A stretch of 32,000 nt of DNA from Candidatus Lokiarchaeum ossiferum (GTDB taxonomy: Archaea > Asgardarchaeota > Lokiarchaeia > Sigyniarchaeales > Promethearchaeaceae), in assembly GCA_025839675.1 (NCBI GenBank), contig CP104013.1, positions 4,050,001 through 4,082,000 of the forward strand. The letters run 5' to 3'. The notes beneath the pieces were generated by a model. It ran no database searches. It was not told the origin of the DNA and was given only the letters and a program-made list of their open reading frames with translations. Shown here one piece after another: positions 15,729 to 25,105 of the stretch. The position numbers and the translations under genes were made by a program. How positions within the stretch are numbered: the first letter of the stretch is position 1; every line of letters starts with the position of its first letter.

Positions 15729-16757
15729 TTAGAAATTCCTATTTGCATCGAGAAATCGTTGAAAAATTCGACAGATTTGAAAACTCACCCATAATTGCAT
15801 ATTTTTTGATTTTGGTGAATTTTTAACTTGATGCTTCGATGAATAAGATATATTCCAGAGTCCTGACTGGTTTTGATGATCTTGAAGCCAATCCAGACCT
15901 CTTTTAATATCTGGATCACTCGCAAGAAAACCTAAATTTGAAAGTGAATCCATGGCTGAAACTAGATTATTCCACCAGTAAGGATATTCAAATTTTACCC
16001 AATATCCTGCATCCTGATAAGATGTGTAATTTTTGTCTTTCAAAAAAAAGGCTTTTTTCAATAATTTCCCTGCTTGATGAGCCTCTGGGCGATTTCTATA
16101 TTGAGGGTGATTCGCAAAAGCTCGAATTACCATTCCTGTCCAATTATGTGACGATGGCCTTGTTGCGTCTCGTTCAGTGATCGTGGAAGCATTTTGCGAT
16201 GTTAATCTATTAACTTCTTTGTTGGTTAGATTTAGAGACATCAAATATGTTGCGAGCCATCCTCCATCATCTTGACGGGTAGAAAGTAACCATTCCATCG
16301 CATTATTCAATCGAGGATCCTTTTCATATCCTGCTTGGTTGAGTAGTGAAGCTAGCGCTCCTGTGTAATACATTGCAAATTGGTTTGCTAATATGCCTCG
16401 AAAATCTCCAAAATCTGTTTGACAACTAAATATATATTCCGAAGCCTTCCGAACAGCCGGATTTTCTTTAGTCAATCTATATTTTTCCACCAAAATTCTA
16501 AAATTTCTCCAAGTTTCGATTAGGGAGTAATTTATTGCAGGATATCTTAATTGATTCTTTGATACTGATTTCCATGATCCATTCGGTTGCTGTTTCTTAA
16601 TTATTTTCTGAACTACGGGGGCATTTTCAAGAAAAAATAAATCCTTTTCCCTTCGATTTAATAAATCTTGTTTTACAAAATGCTTTAAAATCTCATCATT
16701 GGAGGAAAGCAGTGGATCTATTGGGTTATATTCAAAATAAGAAGACCATTGAAACAT
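15729..16757 (-). CDS. Prenyltransferase/squalene-cyclase-like alpha/alpha-toroid repeat protein
   Basis: Repeated Q-x2-3-G-x-W-type motifs (QQPNGSWKS, RQDDGGWLA, HQNQSGLWN) spaced about 100 aa apart in a helical protein. Confidence 0.55.
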   Translation of the reverse strand: MFQWSSYFEYNPIDPLLSSNDEILKHFVKQDLLNRREKDLFFLENAPVVQKIIKKQQPNGSWKSVSKNQLRYPAINYSLIETWRNFRILVEKYRLTKENPAVRKASEYIFSCQTDFGDFRGILANQFAMYYTGALASLLNQAGYEKDPRLNNAMEWLLSTRQDDGGWLATYLMSLNLTNKEVNRLTSQNASTITERDATRPSSHNWTGMVIRAFANHPQYRNRPEAHQAGKLLKKAFFLKDKNYTSYQDAGYWVKFEYPYWWNNLVSAMDSLSNLGFLASDPDIKRGLDWLQDHQNQSGLWNISYSSKHQVKNSPKSKNMQLWVSFQICRIFQRFLDANRNF

Positions 16758-16940
16758 TGTTATTTTAATTTAACGTAAGTTCTATATAATATTTCAGAAA
16801 GGTGAATAAATCGAAGAAATTAAAACAGTTATCGACCAAATTTCTATTTAATTTTCCCCACTTTAAATCAAAATCGTAGGAATTTCTTTTGAGGATGATT
16901 TTTTATGTTCATAAACCATATTGTATTTGTGATGATTTAA

Positions 16941-17639
16941 ATGAAAATAAATCCAATCCCTAAGCAATTTATTATATTTTCTGGTGGAGGAGGTCTCATC
17001 GAAAGATCTCAGCTTGTTTCTCTTCATCCAGGTACAAATATATTTGATATCGAAAATGTTCCTGCTGCATTTGATCCTTCGACTACAATGATATCCATGT
17101 CGGGATCAGAATCTGCTGCTTTGCTTCAAGTAGATGTGAAGCGTCCAGATAAACAAATTGTTGAAAATTTTATCAACCGTGAAAAAAGTGCTGCACAGAA
17201 TATTATTGCCAATGCCACTGATTTACGAGGTGAAAGTCGTGATATGATCTTACAAATCATTGAAAGTGCTAACTACAGACGATATGAAGACATGAATGGT
17301 TCTATTGTAATTAAAATAGACTCGACAGTGGAACAAGAAATTACACTTCAGGTAAAATATTTCATTGAAGATTCTCGAATTAAATGGGAACCTTCCTTAC
17401 ATATTGAATTGGATGAAGAAACCCAAATGGCCAAATTGGAGAGTTATATTCTGGTAATGAATAATACCGATATTTCTTACCCTAAATGCACAATAGGGTT
17501 TGCAGAATTTGAAACTAAGGGAATTGCTCCGGAGATGGGCTATTTAGAAGATTTAGAAATGGAACAAATGGCTCAAAGTGAAATTCCAAAAAATCGGATG
17601 ATGAAACAAATGCAAAAAGTTTCAAATGTCTACATGTAG
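16941..17639 (+). CDS. DUF4140/DUF4139-like protein, N-terminal part
   Basis: IIFSGGGGLIERSQLVSLHPGTNIFDIENVPAAFDPSTTMISMSG resembles the DUF4140 pattern. A coiled region follows. LQVKYFIEDSRIKWEPSLHIELDEE...YILVMNNTDISYP resembles the start of DUF4139. Recognised from memory of the family pattern. Confidence 0.5.
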   Translation: MKINPIPKQFIIFSGGGGLIERSQLVSLHPGTNIFDIENVPAAFDPSTTMISMSGSESAALLQVDVKRPDKQIVENFINREKSAAQNIIANATDLRGESRDMILQIIESANYRRYEDMNGSIVIKIDSTVEQEITLQVKYFIEDSRIKWEPSLHIELDEETQMAKLESYILVMNNTDISYPKCTIGFAEFETKGIAPEMGYLEDLEMEQMAQSEIPKNRMMKQMQKVSNVYM

Positions 17640-17650
17640 GTGTAAAAAAA

Positions 17651-18337
17651 ATGAAAGCCCAATTAGAAAGTAGAAAAAGTGTTCGTTTAAACTGGTTTAA
17701 ACAAGAAAAAGTACCATTTTCAATTAAAAATATATTAGAATGGCAATATTCTCGTCATTCCGCAGAGCAAAATGAGATTCTACGCGAAGTTCTCATGCAG
17801 TATGAATTTTCTCAACTTGAAAAACCTATTCCCAATACTGATATCATCATTTTTGATAAAACTGGATTGCCTCAAGCGTACATGAATACAGAAAAAAATA
17901 TTGGAAAGAAATTTTTAACCAATAAAGTCCCAAATCGGGAAATATCTGTAAAGGATCGCTTAGTCAGCTTAAAGAAAGGGGAAAATAAAGTGACTTCAAA
18001 ACCTGTTCCTCCTCAAGAAGCCCATCGGTACAAGGAAATACAGGAACATGAAAGGATAGATGTGATTCAACGAAAAATATCTGTTACAAATGAATCAAGT
18101 AGGGATATGAAGGAGATTCGGTTGGAATTTATTCAGACCAAGGAAGTTGAATTTCTATCTTGCAAACCTGAAACATCTGGCTCTTCTCCTCCCGAATATT
18201 TCTGGAAAGTTGATATTCCGGCTGAATCCACAACAAGTATTGAAATAAATCTCAATGTCATCACAAAAAGTGTCTATAAAATTGAAAAAGAGAAAATTGT
18301 TGAAAAAATACAGCCTAATATTCAATATCAAAGATAG
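17651..18337 (+). CDS. DUF4139-like protein, C-terminal part
   Basis: Starts 11 nt after the previous ORF. Beta-rich segments (IPNTDIIIFDKTG..., RKISVTNESSRDMKEIRLEFIQ..., YFWKVDIPAESTTSIEINLNV) resemble the C-terminal half of DUF4139. Confidence 0.45.
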   Translation: MKAQLESRKSVRLNWFKQEKVPFSIKNILEWQYSRHSAEQNEILREVLMQYEFSQLEKPIPNTDIIIFDKTGLPQAYMNTEKNIGKKFLTNKVPNREISVKDRLVSLKKGENKVTSKPVPPQEAHRYKEIQEHERIDVIQRKISVTNESSRDMKEIRLEFIQTKEVEFLSCKPETSGSSPPEYFWKVDIPAESTTSIEINLNVITKSVYKIEKEKIVEKIQPNIQYQR

Positions 18338-18445
18338 GTCTAATCAAATAACTGCATCTAACGCATTTTTTTTTTAACCTTTTCATGAATAACTTTCATA
18401 CAGATCCCTTTTAGTATCTTAAAATATATATTACTAAACATTTAA

Positions 18446-18582
18446 GGAGTTTTTTTATCTACTATATTCATTTTTTGTCACTATTTCCTGGTGATTTTAG
18501 CTAAATAACTACCTCTATTTCCCCTAAAGATTACTTCTAGGTACCAACCAGTTTCATCACACAAAGTTTGCAATGTTTCTGG
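18446..18582. repeat. 137-bp direct repeat, copy 1 (relic of the ADH 5' end plus the methyltransferase 3' end)
   Basis: 127/137 identical to 20019..20155 by hand alignment. On the minus strand it still reads MNIVDKKTP then a stop, and ...PETLQTLCDETGWYLEVIFRGNRGSYLAKITRK*. Confidence 0.85.
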
Positions 18583-19010
18583 GCTATACATTATTTGATA
18601 AAGAGAAATATCCCATAAGATTCCCGTTTGGGTATGGGTTAAGTTATATGAGTTTTCAATATTCCGATTTAGTTTTAGACTGCCAAAGCTATGCCAAATC
18701 CGATATCCTCAAAATATCCATAAAAATATCGAATATGGGTCCTAAACAAGGGTATGAAATTGTGCAAGTTTATAGTGGCTACGAAAAACCGTCTGTCGAA
18801 CGTCATCATAAAGATTTGCGGGGATTTAAACGAATTTCTTTAGAAGCGAACGAATCTAAGACTGTAAAATTCGAAATTCCAATTGAATCTCTCGCTTATT
18901 ATTCTCCCGAATCCAAGATATGGATTGTGGATCCAATATCCTACTATCTTTGGGTGGGGCCGAATTCTAATGAATCTCAAGCTTTAACTGCCACATTTAC
19001 TGTAGAATAG
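18573..19010 (+). pseudogene. C-terminal fragment of a glycoside hydrolase family 3 beta-glucosidase (Fn3-like domain only)
   Basis: GYTLFDKEKYPIRFPFGYGLSYMSFQYSDL and the following beta-sandwich match the C-terminal end of GH3. The catalytic domains are absent. Homology begins exactly where repeat copy 1 ends (18582/18583). Confidence 0.8.
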
Positions 19011-19027
19011 TTTTTTATATCAATATT

Positions 19028-20044
19028 TTATTTACGTATTTTAATTACTACATTCCCCTTTTTCTGGCCCGATTCGACATATTTATGAGCTTCTATAATA
19101 TCTTCCAAAGCGTATGTCCTATCGATAACTGTTTTAAGTTTTCCGGCTTCAACTAGATCCTTGAGATAAACCAAATCTTTTGAGGTATAATCCACTGTCC
19201 CTCCTATTGCTCGTTTTCTGGTTTTTTTAGATAATCGCTTAGCTCGAATTGTACGAAAGAGCGTGGGATTTGCAAACAAATAGATCCCTGTTTCAGCTAA
19301 TGACTTAATGCACTTTGAAAAGGAATTTTTACCAACGATATCAAAAATGACATCATAAGTTTTCCCGAGGTTGGTAAAGTTTTCATGTGTATAATCAATC
19401 ACATGATCCGCTCCAATAGATTTTAACATTGCTAATTTTTCTGTACTGTCAATGGCAGTTACTTCTCCTCCATAATATTTGGCGAGTTGGATTCCCACTG
19501 TACCAATACTTCCTCCCGCACCGATAATCAGTACTTTCGATCCCTCTTGAATCTTACCTTGTTTTATAAAATGTAAGGCATTAAATCCCCCAAGCGGAAT
19601 AGCTGCGGCTTCTTCAAAAGTCATGTTTGCTGGCTTTTTAACAATGACTGCGTTCTCTCGGTTATCTGGAATGCAAATATATTCAGCATAACCTCCAAAA
19701 TTAAATCCATTGGTAGCCATCACTAGATCTCCTTCTTTAAATTGAATCACATCCTTGCCCACTGCTTCAATTTCTCCCGCTAGCTCCTGTCCCAATATTT
19801 TTATTCGTTTTGGTTTTCTAACCCCAATTATTAATCGTATAAGAGGACGCATCCACATCGCTAACTTTAAGCTTCTCATTTCACAATCGCCAGCAGAAAC
19901 TGTGGTTGCATGAATTTTAATTAGAATTTCATTTTCCTTAGGAATAGGTTTATCAATTGATTGGAGTTGAAGCCCTTCCGGGCCTCCATACTTAGTCCAA
20001 ATGATCGCTTTCATTTTTGGAGTTTTTTTATCTATTATATTCAT
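19028..20044 (-). CDS. Medium-chain dehydrogenase/reductase (NADPH:quinone oxidoreductase / zinc-ADH family)
   Basis: GroES-like N-domain, Rossmann motif IIGAGGSIGTVGIQLAKYYG, C-terminal GKLKTVIDRTYALEDIIEAHKYVESGQKKGNVVI. Confidence 0.88.
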   Translation of the reverse strand: MNIIDKKTPKMKAIIWTKYGGPEGLQLQSIDKPIPKENEILIKIHATTVSAGDCEMRSLKLAMWMRPLIRLIIGVRKPKRIKILGQELAGEIEAVGKDVIQFKEGDLVMATNGFNFGGYAEYICIPDNRENAVIVKKPANMTFEEAAAIPLGGFNALHFIKQGKIQEGSKVLIIGAGGSIGTVGIQLAKYYGGEVTAIDSTEKLAMLKSIGADHVIDYTHENFTNLGKTYDVIFDIVGKNSFSKCIKSLAETGIYLFANPTLFRTIRAKRLSKKTRKRAIGGTVDYTSKDLVYLKDLVEAGKLKTVIDRTYALEDIIEAHKYVESGQKKGNVVIKIRK

Positions 20045-20155
20045 TTTTTATCACTATTTCCTGGTGATTTTAGCTAAATAACTACCTCTATCTCCCCTAA
20101 AGATTACTTCTAGGTGTAAACCAACTTCATCACACAAAGTTTGCAAAGTTTTTGG
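20019..20155. repeat. 137-bp direct repeat, copy 2 (functional ADH start / methyltransferase end junction)
   Basis: See copy 1. It spans the first 26 nt of the ADH CDS, the 9-nt spacer and the last 102 nt of the methyltransferase ORF including its stop codon. Confidence 0.85.
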
Positions 20156-20779
20156 ATCAATTTGAAGCATGTGAAACATATCGCCCAATTTCCCTTGAAA
20201 TTCTATCTGAAATCGTATTTCTCCAAAGTATCTCCCGTTTTGTACATTATTCTGGCGATATTTAACATGAATTGGATCTTTACTTGATCTAATATCGCTC
20301 GAATCGAATAAAATCTGACCTTTTTCTTTCATGATTGATTTAGCATATTGAAGGAATTTTCGCATACCCTTCAGGTCCCCAACGAACCCAATGCTCCGCC
20401 CTAAACTAAGAATTGTGTCATATCTTTGTGTTTGCTTTTGATCATAAATGCTTCCACAAATCGCCTTCTTGACTCCTCGAGAAATCATAATTTCACACGC
20501 TTGTACCGATATATCCAATGCATCTACTTCGAGATTACTTTTCTGCAACTCCAGAGTGTGCACCCCTGTACCCGCTCCCAGATCCAAAACTTTACCCTTA
20601 GCCTTTTGAAGAGCGAATAACTCCATTTCGGAAAAATCCGCTTTATTCCGAAAATAGGGTGCGATCTTCATTTCATCTCGGTGTCCATCATCCCGAACGA
20701 TATAGGTTATTGCTTCTTTATTACCTTTAAAATAATCTCGCAAAGCTAATCCAAATGGTGCCATCGCATTTTGCATCAT
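20054..20779 (-). CDS. Class I SAM-dependent methyltransferase
   Basis: Motif I VLDLGAGTGVHTLEL followed by an acidic residue (ALDIS). Rossmann-like spacing. Confidence 0.8.
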   Translation of the reverse strand: MMQNAMAPFGLALRDYFKGNKEAITYIVRDDGHRDEMKIAPYFRNKADFSEMELFALQKAKGKVLDLGAGTGVHTLELQKSNLEVDALDISVQACEIMISRGVKKAICGSIYDQKQTQRYDTILSLGRSIGFVGDLKGMRKFLQYAKSIMKEKGQILFDSSDIRSSKDPIHVKYRQNNVQNGRYFGEIRFQIEFQGKLGDMFHMLQIDPKTLQTLCDEVGLHLEVIFRGDRGSYLAKITRK

Positions 20780-20820
20780 ATAAAGAAATTACTATTTCCC
20801 CCATTTATACCTTTATGATT

Positions 20821-20862
20821 TTGATTGTAAAATGCTAATTATTATTTGATTGATTGTAAAAT
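20821..20862. promoter_or_regulatory. Perfect 13-nt direct repeat ttgattgtaaaat (20821..20833 and 20850..20862) in a divergent intergenic region
   Basis: Seen directly in the sequence, between the methyltransferase (-) and ORF 20935 (+). Candidate operator; it could be chance in AT-rich DNA. Confidence 0.2.
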
Positions 20863-20934
20863 CGTTAGAAGTTTACTTTATCAAATAGTTATTTCAGTAA
20901 AAAGACATATATTCTTCTTGGCAAAATATTAATC

Positions 20935-21636
20935 ATGAGTCAACCCCTAGTTTTTCCCCAAAATCATTATGAATCCCTTCCACATATTCGGATCTCCAAA
21001 AAAAGATATTTAGTCATTGAAAATAATTTTCTATATTTAGTTAAACTCCATTCCGATCAATCAATCTTCACCCAACTTTTTCTTTGTAGTGAAATTCAAA
21101 AGTTTGTCGTTCAAATGCAAAGATCAAAAAATGGGAGTTACTTACAATTGTCCATTTTACCTCGAACGGGAAAGAAAAAAGGATTTTTTATCCGTCCTAG
21201 GAAATTTGGGTATTCTCCAATTGATTGGATGCAAATCCCCGAATTTTTAAATATAATTGGATTTAAATCAGAACTTCTTCCTTCTAATAAAAAAAGGTTA
21301 GAGGATATCCAAAAAGCATGGGAAGTAAGGGGACCATATCGATATTTCTCTTCCGAAGATAAAATTTTTGATTTATTTGAAAATCTTGAATTTGTAGAAG
21401 AATTGAAAATGATCCGATTAAATCCCTTAGGGATTGTATTAACAACTTTAGGTGCATGTTGTTTAATCCCCGCAATAATTTTTGGATTTATACCTCTTTC
21501 TACCCCAAATTATCTCTTTTGGATTTTGTCAGGTATAACGTTGCCGTTTTTAGGAATTGGAATATCAATAATTAACTTATTCATAAAGAAGAAGAAAAAA
21601 TTTGCTAAAAAATATGATATTGAATATTATTTTTGA
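20935..21636 (+). CDS. Hypothetical protein with C-terminal 2-TM anchor
   Basis: Soluble N-region of about 165 aa, then two hydrophobic helices and a Lys-rich tail. No confident family. Confidence 0.5.
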   Translation: MSQPLVFPQNHYESLPHIRISKKRYLVIENNFLYLVKLHSDQSIFTQLFLCSEIQKFVVQMQRSKNGSYLQLSILPRTGKKKGFFIRPRKFGYSPIDWMQIPEFLNIIGFKSELLPSNKKRLEDIQKAWEVRGPYRYFSSEDKIFDLFENLEFVEELKMIRLNPLGIVLTTLGACCLIPAIIFGFIPLSTPNYLFWILSGITLPFLGIGISIINLFIKKKKKFAKKYDIEYYF

Positions 21637-21690
21637 ATTTTTTATTTAACAATTTTCATTTAAATGCCTTTAAAGTGAATATAGTAATCA

Positions 21691-22239
21691 ATGAAACTGC
21701 CAACCTTAGAGTCTAATCGTCTGATCCTTCGTCCTCTCAAGGAATCGGATTTAGATTTTTTTAGAACTCAATATTCTGATCCTCTTGTTCAGAAATATAC
21801 TATGTTAAGCTTTCAAACTGATGTAGAACTTCAAGATTTCTACTCCCGAGGGTGTGGAATAATCCGACCAGACCAATTTAGGATAATGTTAGAAATAAAA
21901 AATTCTCATGAACCTATAGGGTCCATAGTTATTGAAAATTGGGACCAAAAGCATCAAAGCGCTGAAATTGGTTACGACTTATCCCCCCATTTCTGGCATC
22001 AAGGTTTCATGAATGAAGCCCTTACTGTAATGTTAGAATACATCTTTTTAGTCTTGAATGTAAATCGTGTAGAAGCTACTGTTAATCCAACGAACATACA
22101 ATCCATCAAGTTATTAAAGAAATGCAGATTTGTTCAGGAAGGGATTTTACGTCAAAAGTATTATTACCAAGGGATATTTCATGATGAAATCATCTTCAGT
22201 TTATTAAAGGATGATTTCAGAAGAAATAACGGTCAATAA
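21691..22239 (+). CDS. GNAT N-acetyltransferase (RimJ/RimL-like)
   Basis: LESNRLILRPLKESDLDFF N-terminal signature. WHQGFMNEAL and the NPTNIQSIKLLKKCRF core. Confidence 0.85.
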   Translation: MKLPTLESNRLILRPLKESDLDFFRTQYSDPLVQKYTMLSFQTDVELQDFYSRGCGIIRPDQFRIMLEIKNSHEPIGSIVIENWDQKHQSAEIGYDLSPHFWHQGFMNEALTVMLEYIFLVLNVNRVEATVNPTNIQSIKLLKKCRFVQEGILRQKYYYQGIFHDEIIFSLLKDDFRRNNGQ

Positions 22240-22554
22240 TTACGTTTTGGGAATTATAGTTGGATTATCGAAAAACAAAAAAATTTATTCGCCTTTTACA
22301 TTTGCATTGCAACTATGGATCCGAATGTTTTTATATGAATGTTAATTAAAAATTATTGATCATAATTTTTTTAGAAATTTTATGACGAAGCAATTCTGTG
22401 AAGAACAAATTTCCAAGCCATTTTTCAAAGAGTTTGTCAATGTAAAGTGCCAAGAAGAGAGTTTTTGATCCCTTTCTTAGACAATTCTAAACTCTATGTT
22501 CATGGTATGTTTTGTTTTTCATTGAACTTCAAATCAAAAAAGAAGGGAGAACTC

Positions 22555-23841
22555 ATGTTTTCAAAATTAAAAAAAATATCACAGGAATTTCCAAATACCT
22601 TTTGGGTATTAACTCTTTCCACATTCATTGATAGAATGGGGGGATTTATGCTTTTCCCATTCTTTTCGATCTATTTAATGGAGCACTTTTCCGCTTCCTT
22701 TACACAAGTTGGTCTATTATTTATGATGATGTCCATCGGAAATATCCTTGGTAGTGTTATCGGTGGAGCCGTAACTGACAAAATTGGCCGGAAAAAAATT
22801 ATTATTTTTGGTTTAGTTGCATCTGGTCTTGGTAGTATCTTGATGGGATTGGTAAATCAGCTCGAAATATTTTATATTCTCGCTTCATTGCTTGGAATAC
22901 TTGGTTCTATTGGACATCCGGCTCGCCAAGCGATGGTTCCGGATTTACTATTACCTGAACAACATTCACAAGCTTATGCAATATTACGTGTTGCAGTAAA
23001 TATTTCTGCAACTGTCGGACCTATTTTAGGTGGATTTATTGCTCTACATTCCTATATGGCTCTATTTATTATAGATGCTGCATCCAGTATAATCACTGCA
23101 ATCATTGTTGCTTTTATCATTCCTGAAACAAAACGCCCTGTTTCGATTGAAGCAGAATCGCAATCATTTAGTGAAACTCTCAAAGGATATTTCACTGTCA
23201 TGAAAGATAGGGTTTTTATGTCATATTTATTCATATCTGCAATTATGATTTTAGTATATATGCAAATGTACTCAACACTTTCGGTTTATTTAGTCGCAGA
23301 ACAAGGTTTTACTAATCAGATGATTGGATTACTAATGAGCGTCAATGCAGCTCTGGTTGTTACAACCCAATTTTTGATCACTCGAAAAATATCCAAAATG
23401 CCTCTTTTAAAAGCGATGGCTCTTGGAACCTTATGTTATGGAATTGGGTTTGGAATGTTCGGGATTGTAAATTCCGTATATTTTGTCTTTATTGCGATGA
23501 TTTTTGTCACTTTAGGTGAAATGATTGCATTACCCACCAGTCAGGGTGTTGTTGCAAAATTTGCCCCCGAGGATAAGCGAGGTCGGTATATGGCTGTATT
23601 CAGTTTTTCTTGGACTATTCCTAATCTGTTTGGAACATTGCTCGCTGGAAATATCATGGATAAATATAATCCAAATTGGGTTTGGTATGGTTGTGTCATT
23701 CTTTCTGCAATCGCCATTGGAGGTTTCTTATTACTGCACAGATCCAATAAAGATCGTTTTGTTGATGAAATTGTGACGGATGTGGTTGAACCAGTCGACG
23801 ATGTGCGTTCTATTAAAGCAAAAGCTGAAATTAAAAATTAA
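22555..23841 (+). CDS. MFS transporter
   Basis: About 12 TM helices. Motif A-like GGAVTDKIGRKKIIIFG. The ATG at 22555 is preceded by aagggag; the listed GTG start at 22447 adds a non-TM leader. Confidence 0.85.
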   Translation: MFSKLKKISQEFPNTFWVLTLSTFIDRMGGFMLFPFFSIYLMEHFSASFTQVGLLFMMMSIGNILGSVIGGAVTDKIGRKKIIIFGLVASGLGSILMGLVNQLEIFYILASLLGILGSIGHPARQAMVPDLLLPEQHSQAYAILRVAVNISATVGPILGGFIALHSYMALFIIDAASSIITAIIVAFIIPETKRPVSIEAESQSFSETLKGYFTVMKDRVFMSYLFISAIMILVYMQMYSTLSVYLVAEQGFTNQMIGLLMSVNAALVVTTQFLITRKISKMPLLKAMALGTLCYGIGFGMFGIVNSVYFVFIAMIFVTLGEMIALPTSQGVVAKFAPEDKRGRYMAVFSFSWTIPNLFGTLLAGNIMDKYNPNWVWYGCVILSAIAIGGFLLLHRSNKDRFVDEIVTDVVEPVDDVRSIKAKAEIKN

Positions 23842-23860
23842 ATTTTCTCTCACCATTGCC

Positions 23861-23867
23861 TTTTTTT
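23861..23867 (+). terminator. Oligo-T tract (T7) after the MFS gene
   Basis: gccTTTTTTTct lies 20 nt after the stop. Confidence 0.35.
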
Positions 23868-24047
23868 CTAATTTTCAAGAATATTTAAAGAGATCGGTGC
23901 CAATTTTTAACATAGAGCCGAATCTTTCTCCCCTATTTTCTTGCTTTGAGTTTTCAGAACACCAAAGTAATAAATATACCAAAATCTATGCCTAAGAGTC
24001 ATTCATGATTCCCAAATCTTTATTTAACTAAAAAGACTGTGAATTTT

Positions 24048-25064
24048 ATGGTTTCGTTAATATTGGTTGGATTTGGAGGAGTAGGTCGAGCACTTGTTGA
24101 AATTATGCAAAACGATGCAGATTACTTAAGATCAAATTTTGGCTTCGTTCCAGTAGTTAAAGCAATTTGTGAACGACAGGGATCTCTTATTGATGATAAT
24201 GGGCTCAATTTATCAAATCTGCTGGATTTGGGTGATATTGCATCGTCCCCCTATTGGCAAGCCGGATTAACTACCTTAGAAATCATTCAAGAAATAAAAG
24301 CAGATATCCTTGTAGAGTGTTCATGGGCTTCAAATGATGGGGAACCTGCCTTTACAGTTCTAAAAACCGCTATGCAAAAAAAAATGCATATTGTATCCTC
24401 AAATAAACCCCCCTTTTATCTGAAATACGGCGAATTGAAGCAAATTGCTCAAGAAAAAGGTGTTATGATGCGCATTGAAAGCACTGTATTGAGTGCAGTG
24501 CCAGCCTTGGCTGCTGAAACAACTCTTGCTGGAGCTCATATTTCAAGTATCCGAGGGATTTTGAATGGAACATGCAATTACATTCTTACTCGAATGACTC
24601 AATCTAAATTGCCTTTCAAAGAAGCTCTTAAAGAAGCTCAAGATTTGGGCTATGCAGAAGCAGATCCGACCATGGATATTAATGGGAAGGATGCGGCAGG
24701 TAAAATTGTTATTTTATCAAATGCTCTTCTTGGTTGGAATAAGACTATTCATGATATTAAAGTGCAAGGTATTGAAGATGTCACTGCTGAAGATATTGAA
24801 CGAGCCAAAAGGGAGCATAAATACATTAAACATGTGTGTCAAGCGAAAGATGGAAAGTTGAGCGCAGGTATTGAGTTAGTTCCTATGGACTCGAGCTTAG
24901 CTATCATGGGATCTTTAAATCTCGTCGAATTTGAAACAAAACATGCTGGCCCTTATACCTTCATCGGGCGTGGGGCAGGCGGGTTTGAAGCTGCATCAGG
25001 AGTCCTTTCGGATATAATTCATATCTCTACACAATTGTATGATTCTAAAAAAGAAAATCTTTGA
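24048..25064 (+). CDS. hom: Homoserine dehydrogenase
   Basis: N-terminal LVGFGGVGRALVE NAD(P) site, GILNGTCNYILTRM, LGYAEADPTMDINGKDAAGKIVILSN. Confidence 0.9.
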   Translation: MVSLILVGFGGVGRALVEIMQNDADYLRSNFGFVPVVKAICERQGSLIDDNGLNLSNLLDLGDIASSPYWQAGLTTLEIIQEIKADILVECSWASNDGEPAFTVLKTAMQKKMHIVSSNKPPFYLKYGELKQIAQEKGVMMRIESTVLSAVPALAAETTLAGAHISSIRGILNGTCNYILTRMTQSKLPFKEALKEAQDLGYAEADPTMDINGKDAAGKIVILSNALLGWNKTIHDIKVQGIEDVTAEDIERAKREHKYIKHVCQAKDGKLSAGIELVPMDSSLAIMGSLNLVEFETKHAGPYTFIGRGAGGFEAASGVLSDIIHISTQLYDSKKENL

Positions 25065-25105
25065 GAGTGATCTATTAAAGGTATGTGAAATTAAATTGTT
25101 CAAGC

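Noticed and set aside
18446-20155. Direct repeats as the ends of a mobile element or as target-site duplications
   Set aside because: The repeats are copies of a gene junction (ADH start / methyltransferase end), not terminal inverted repeats. At 137 bp they are far too long for a target-site duplication. No transposase or integrase lies between them.
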